Shown one piece after another: positions 61,372 through 64,000 of a DNA stretch of 64,000 nucleotides (positions are counted from its first letter, which is position 1; every line of letters begins with the position of its first letter). The position numbers and the translations under genes were made by a program. Below the pieces are notes generated by a model, which did not search any database, was not told the DNA's origin, and saw nothing but the letters and a program-made list of their open reading frames with translations. The stretch is from a virus: the UHGV virus genome UHGV-0176771. One strand, 5' to 3'.

Positions 61372-61829
61372 TTATGTTGATTGGTAAGACAGAATATGAT
61401 ACATTGCTTCGAAGCGTAGAAGATACAAATAGATTAGTCAGAGAAATTTATGAAGACCTGTGGTACTATACTCATCTTTACGAAGATTTAAAAGAACAGT
61501 TTGATGAAATTAACAGATATTTTAGATACGGAAACGAAAAAGGCATCGTTGTTGTTAATCCAAAAGGAGACCATTTTGTAGAAACAGATAAAGGAAGAAA
61601 ATGCGTTCATGATTGTTTTTACATCTATAAGAATGGTAAAGAATATAAAGTAAAAGGTGTTCTTTTAGGTGGAAGAGATAATGATCCGGGAGCTATTTTT
61701 GAAGCCGAACAGGATATAGACGATGTGGATATTATTAGGCTGAAAGAAACTTATATGGATAAGTATAGAGAGAAGCATGTTAATAAATATGTAATTAACT
61801 TAAGAAACTGCAATTGTGTAAAGATTTAA
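61368..61829 (+). CDS. hypothetical protein (153 aa, TTG start; alternative ATG 3 codons in)
   Basis: ORF track. Overlaps the upstream stop. Confidence 0.45.
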   Translation: MIMLIGKTEYDTLLRSVEDTNRLVREIYEDLWYYTHLYEDLKEQFDEINRYFRYGNEKGIVVVNPKGDHFVETDKGRKCVHDCFYIYKNGKEYKVKGVLLGGRDNDPGAIFEAEQDIDDVDIIRLKETYMDKYREKHVNKYVINLRNCNCVKI

Positions 61830-61841
61830 AAAGGGGATGCT

Positions 61842-62051
61842 ATGAAAAAGAATTTTAAAATTACAGGATTCTCAGCATTTATATTTATCAGCATTCTGTT
61901 CTCCATTCAGTGTTTGCTTGTATGTGGAGCAATGAAATTATTAACGTTGATTTTACCTATTGACTTTAACCTGGAATTAACAGTTACAACATTTGTAGCA
62001 TGTAAAGCATTTCAGATTATTGGATATTTTGCTGGATTTAGAGGTGAATAA
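61842..62051 (+). CDS. membrane protein (69 aa), two TM helices
   Basis: ORF track. FSAFIFISILFSIQCLLVCGA / TTFVACKAFQIIGYFAGF. RBS AAAAGGGGATGCT then ATG. Confidence 0.4.
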   Translation: MKKNFKITGFSAFIFISILFSIQCLLVCGAMKLLTLILPIDFNLELTVTTFVACKAFQIIGYFAGFRGE

Positions 62052-62415
62052 AACGAAAGAGGTGTTAAAAGAAGTGTGGGTTAGCAAGGATAGATTTGTG
62101 GAGCTAGAAGAAAAATATAAGAAGTTAGAAGAAAAATGTGATCGTATTGAAAGGATTTTAGAATATTCAGATGAACCAACATGTGTGTGTACATCATATA
62201 TTAATAGTGAATATTATTTGTATCTTGATGGAAAAGAATATGAGCTTAAAATTCCAAGTGATTTGAATATATATTATTTAGATAAAACTAATGAGGATAA
62301 AATTGTTAAAGTTAAATGCTATGAAAAGTTATGTCCATGGAGAAAAAGATACTATCTTTTTGATTTAAAATCTGGTGAAAAGATAGAAGTAAATTCAGAA
62401 GATATGAAAATTTAG
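62020..62415 (+). CDS. hypothetical protein (131 aa, TTG start; start uncertain)
   Basis: ORF track. Overlaps the previous gene by 32 nt. An internal GTG after GAGGTG is an alternative start. Confidence 0.4.
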   Translation: MDILLDLEVNKTKEVLKEVWVSKDRFVELEEKYKKLEEKCDRIERILEYSDEPTCVCTSYINSEYYLYLDGKEYELKIPSDLNIYYLDKTNEDKIVKVKCYEKLCPWRKRYYLFDLKSGEKIEVNSEDMKI

Positions 62416-62441
62416 TTTCATTATAAATGAGAAGGGATAAT

Positions 62442-62732
62442 ATGAAAATAGGAAAATTATTAAATAAAGCCTACAAAAAGGGTGGGTATATTCGAATGAT
62501 TGACGGTCGTAAAAAAGGAGCTATTAGATATTCAAGAGCATGTGGAACTTTTGCTGAGGCAGATTATAAAACGGGTTCATTTATTTATAATGAAAATCAA
62601 AAACATAAGCCTGTTTATATAAATAATATAATGTTGCAATCTAAAGAATGGGAATATATACCTATGCCATGTAATTGTAGTTGTTGTGATATTTATAAAA
62701 AAGAATTAGTAGAGAAATATAATAATAGGTAA
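62442..62732 (+). CDS. hypothetical protein (96 aa from ATG 62442)
   Basis: RBS GAGAAGGGATAAT then ATG 62442. ORF track starts at 62427. C-terminal CNCSCCD. Confidence 0.45.
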   Translation: MKIGKLLNKAYKKGGYIRMIDGRKKGAIRYSRACGTFAEADYKTGSFIYNENQKHKPVYINNIMLQSKEWEYIPMPCNCSCCDIYKKELVEKYNNR

Positions 62733-62737
62733 AGAGT

Positions 62738-63766
62738 ATGAATCTGAAACAAATTAAAGAAACGATAAAGAAACAAGAATATGATTTCTTAAAAGAGAAT
62801 GAGCACTTAGGTAACAATATTGTCTTACTTACGCTTGGCGGCAGTCACGCATATGGAATGGATAAAGAGGACAGTGATTTAGACGTAAGAGGAGTTACAC
62901 TAAATAGCAAAGAGGAAATTCTTCTTGGAAAAGACTTTGAACAGGTTGTAGAGATTGATACAGATACGACAGTTTATTCATTTAATAAAATTTTACAATT
63001 ACTAAAATCAAACAATCCTAACACTATTGAAATTTTAGGATGCAAACCTGAGCATTATTTATATTTGTCTGATGTTGGGAGAGAATTATTAAATAATAGA
63101 AAAATGTTCTTATCCAAGATTTGTATTAATTCTTTTGCAGGATACGCATCAAGCCAATTACGACGTATGGAGAACAAAGCTGCTAGATTAGTTGGACAGG
63201 CACAAAACGAAGAGTACATTTTAAAATCAATCAATAATGCAAGCTATGACTTTAAAAACCATTACTTCCCAATGAGTGATGGATCACTCAATCTTTATAC
63301 AGATAAAGCAGTGCAGGAAGGTTATGACACTGAAATTTTTATGGACATTGATTTAAAGCATTATCCACTAAGAGATTGGACTGGTATGTGGAATGAGATG
63401 AAAGCTATTGTAAGTAGTTATAACAAAATTGGTAGGCGAAACGAAAAAGCAATGAACAAGGACAAACTTGGAAAGCATATGGCTCATTTGATCAGATTAT
63501 ACATGATGTGTATTGACATTCTTGAAAAAGAAGAAATTATCACTTATCGAGATAAAGAACATAATTTACTTATGAGTATACGAAACGGAGAATACTTAGA
63601 TAGCAATAGACAGCCAACTTCTGAATTTTATGATTTGCTAAATGAGTATGAAAAACGTTTTGATTATGCCAAAGAAAATACTTCGTTGTCAGATGTGCCG
63701 GACTACAAGAGAATTGAAGAGTTCAAAATGTATATAAATGAACGAATTGTGAAAGGAGATATTTAA
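62738..63766 (+). CDS. Polymerase-beta-superfamily nucleotidyltransferase domain protein (342 aa)
   Basis: LLTLGGSHAYGMDKEDSDLDVRGV matches the minimal-NTase motif (GS-x9-13-DxD). Substrate unknown. Both MNT-type and CD-NTase-type folds share this motif. Confidence 0.6.
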   Translation: MNLKQIKETIKKQEYDFLKENEHLGNNIVLLTLGGSHAYGMDKEDSDLDVRGVTLNSKEEILLGKDFEQVVEIDTDTTVYSFNKILQLLKSNNPNTIEILGCKPEHYLYLSDVGRELLNNRKMFLSKICINSFAGYASSQLRRMENKAARLVGQAQNEEYILKSINNASYDFKNHYFPMSDGSLNLYTDKAVQEGYDTEIFMDIDLKHYPLRDWTGMWNEMKAIVSSYNKIGRRNEKAMNKDKLGKHMAHLIRLYMMCIDILEKEEIITYRDKEHNLLMSIRNGEYLDSNRQPTSEFYDLLNEYEKRFDYAKENTSLSDVPDYKRIEEFKMYINERIVKGDI

Positions 63767-64000
63767 TGGATATTTCTGAAAAACTGAAAGAACGTTTCTG
63801 TAAAGATTGTAATATTCCATTGAAACTATTTAAGGAACCATATTTTACAGACAGACTTCAATTATATGATAACTATTACAATACATTGGATAAATGGAAT
63901 ATTTTTGTAAGAGAGTTAGAGAAATATAAGTGTGAGCAAGATTATCTTGAAGAATATAATCGAGTAAAGGATGCTGCAATAAAGGACATTAAAGATTCCG
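63766..64000 (+). CDS. hypothetical protein, 5' partial at window end (78 codons and more)
   Basis: ATG overlaps the previous stop (ATTTAATGG). MDISEKLKERFCKDCNIPLKLFKEPYFTDRLQLYDNYYNTLDKWN... continues past the window. Confidence 0.45.
   Translation, partial: MDISEKLKERFCKDCNIPLKLFKEPYFTDRLQLYDNYYNTLDKWNIFVRELEKYKCEQDYLEEYNRVKDAAIKDIKDS

Noticed and set aside
1-64000. CRISPR arrays, rRNA genes, transposases/IS elements
   Set aside because: No regularly spaced direct repeats with unique spacers, no rRNA-like conserved segments and no transposase-like ORF were seen on reading the window.

Overview
This AT-rich 64 kb window looks like the early/accessory region of a large low-GC (Firmicutes-type) bacteriophage or prophage. 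It carries more than 120 tightly packed genes, mostly small, almost all on the + strand, with overlapping stop/start junctions (ATGA, TGATG) and GGAGG-type ribosome-binding sites (RBS). No capsid, terminase or tail genes are visible. The recognisable content is listed below.

- **Diversity-generating retroelement (DGR)** at 27142..29634: a target gene with a C-terminal variable repeat (VR), an Avd-like ORF, the template repeat (TR), a spacer hairpin and a reverse transcriptase with the DGR-type SQ motif.
- **Second, remote VR** at 8251..8334, about 20 kb from the TR. It sits in frame immediately downstream of a TGA stop that ends ORF 7719..8231.
- **Candidate type III hammerhead ribozyme** at 4070..4123.
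- **NAD+ gene cluster** at 35913..39486: a PncA-like cysteine hydrolase, a Prs-like gene overlapping a NAMPT-like gene (an Adps/Namat NAD+-reconstitution arrangement) and NadE.
- **Cytosine-5 DNA methyltransferase** at 49831..51666 that appears circularly permuted (motif I at the C-terminus) and has a zinc ribbon inserted after motif IV.
- **Two sigma-70-family proteins** (24221..24847 and 53580..54095).
- **Proteins with a recognisable family or domain:** two ParB/Srx-fold proteins (one a DUF262-type), a PAPS-reductase-like PP-loop protein, a radical SAM protein, a DnaN-like sliding clamp, a tyrosine recombinase, a MazF/PemK toxin, a HipA-like kinase with a small helix-turn-helix (HTH) partner, a Lar-like anti-restriction protein with Zn-ribbon paralogs, an SPFH/band-7 protein, a tandem GcrA-like regulator, a pol-beta nucleotidyltransferase and a metallophosphoesterase.
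- **Noncoding elements:** an XRE repressor with a palindromic operator, a tRNA-like gene with an odd anticodon loop, iteron-like repeats, and a 1.4 kb structured low-coding region with a near-consensus promoter.

All coordinates and motifs were read by eye from the sequence. No database searches were run.
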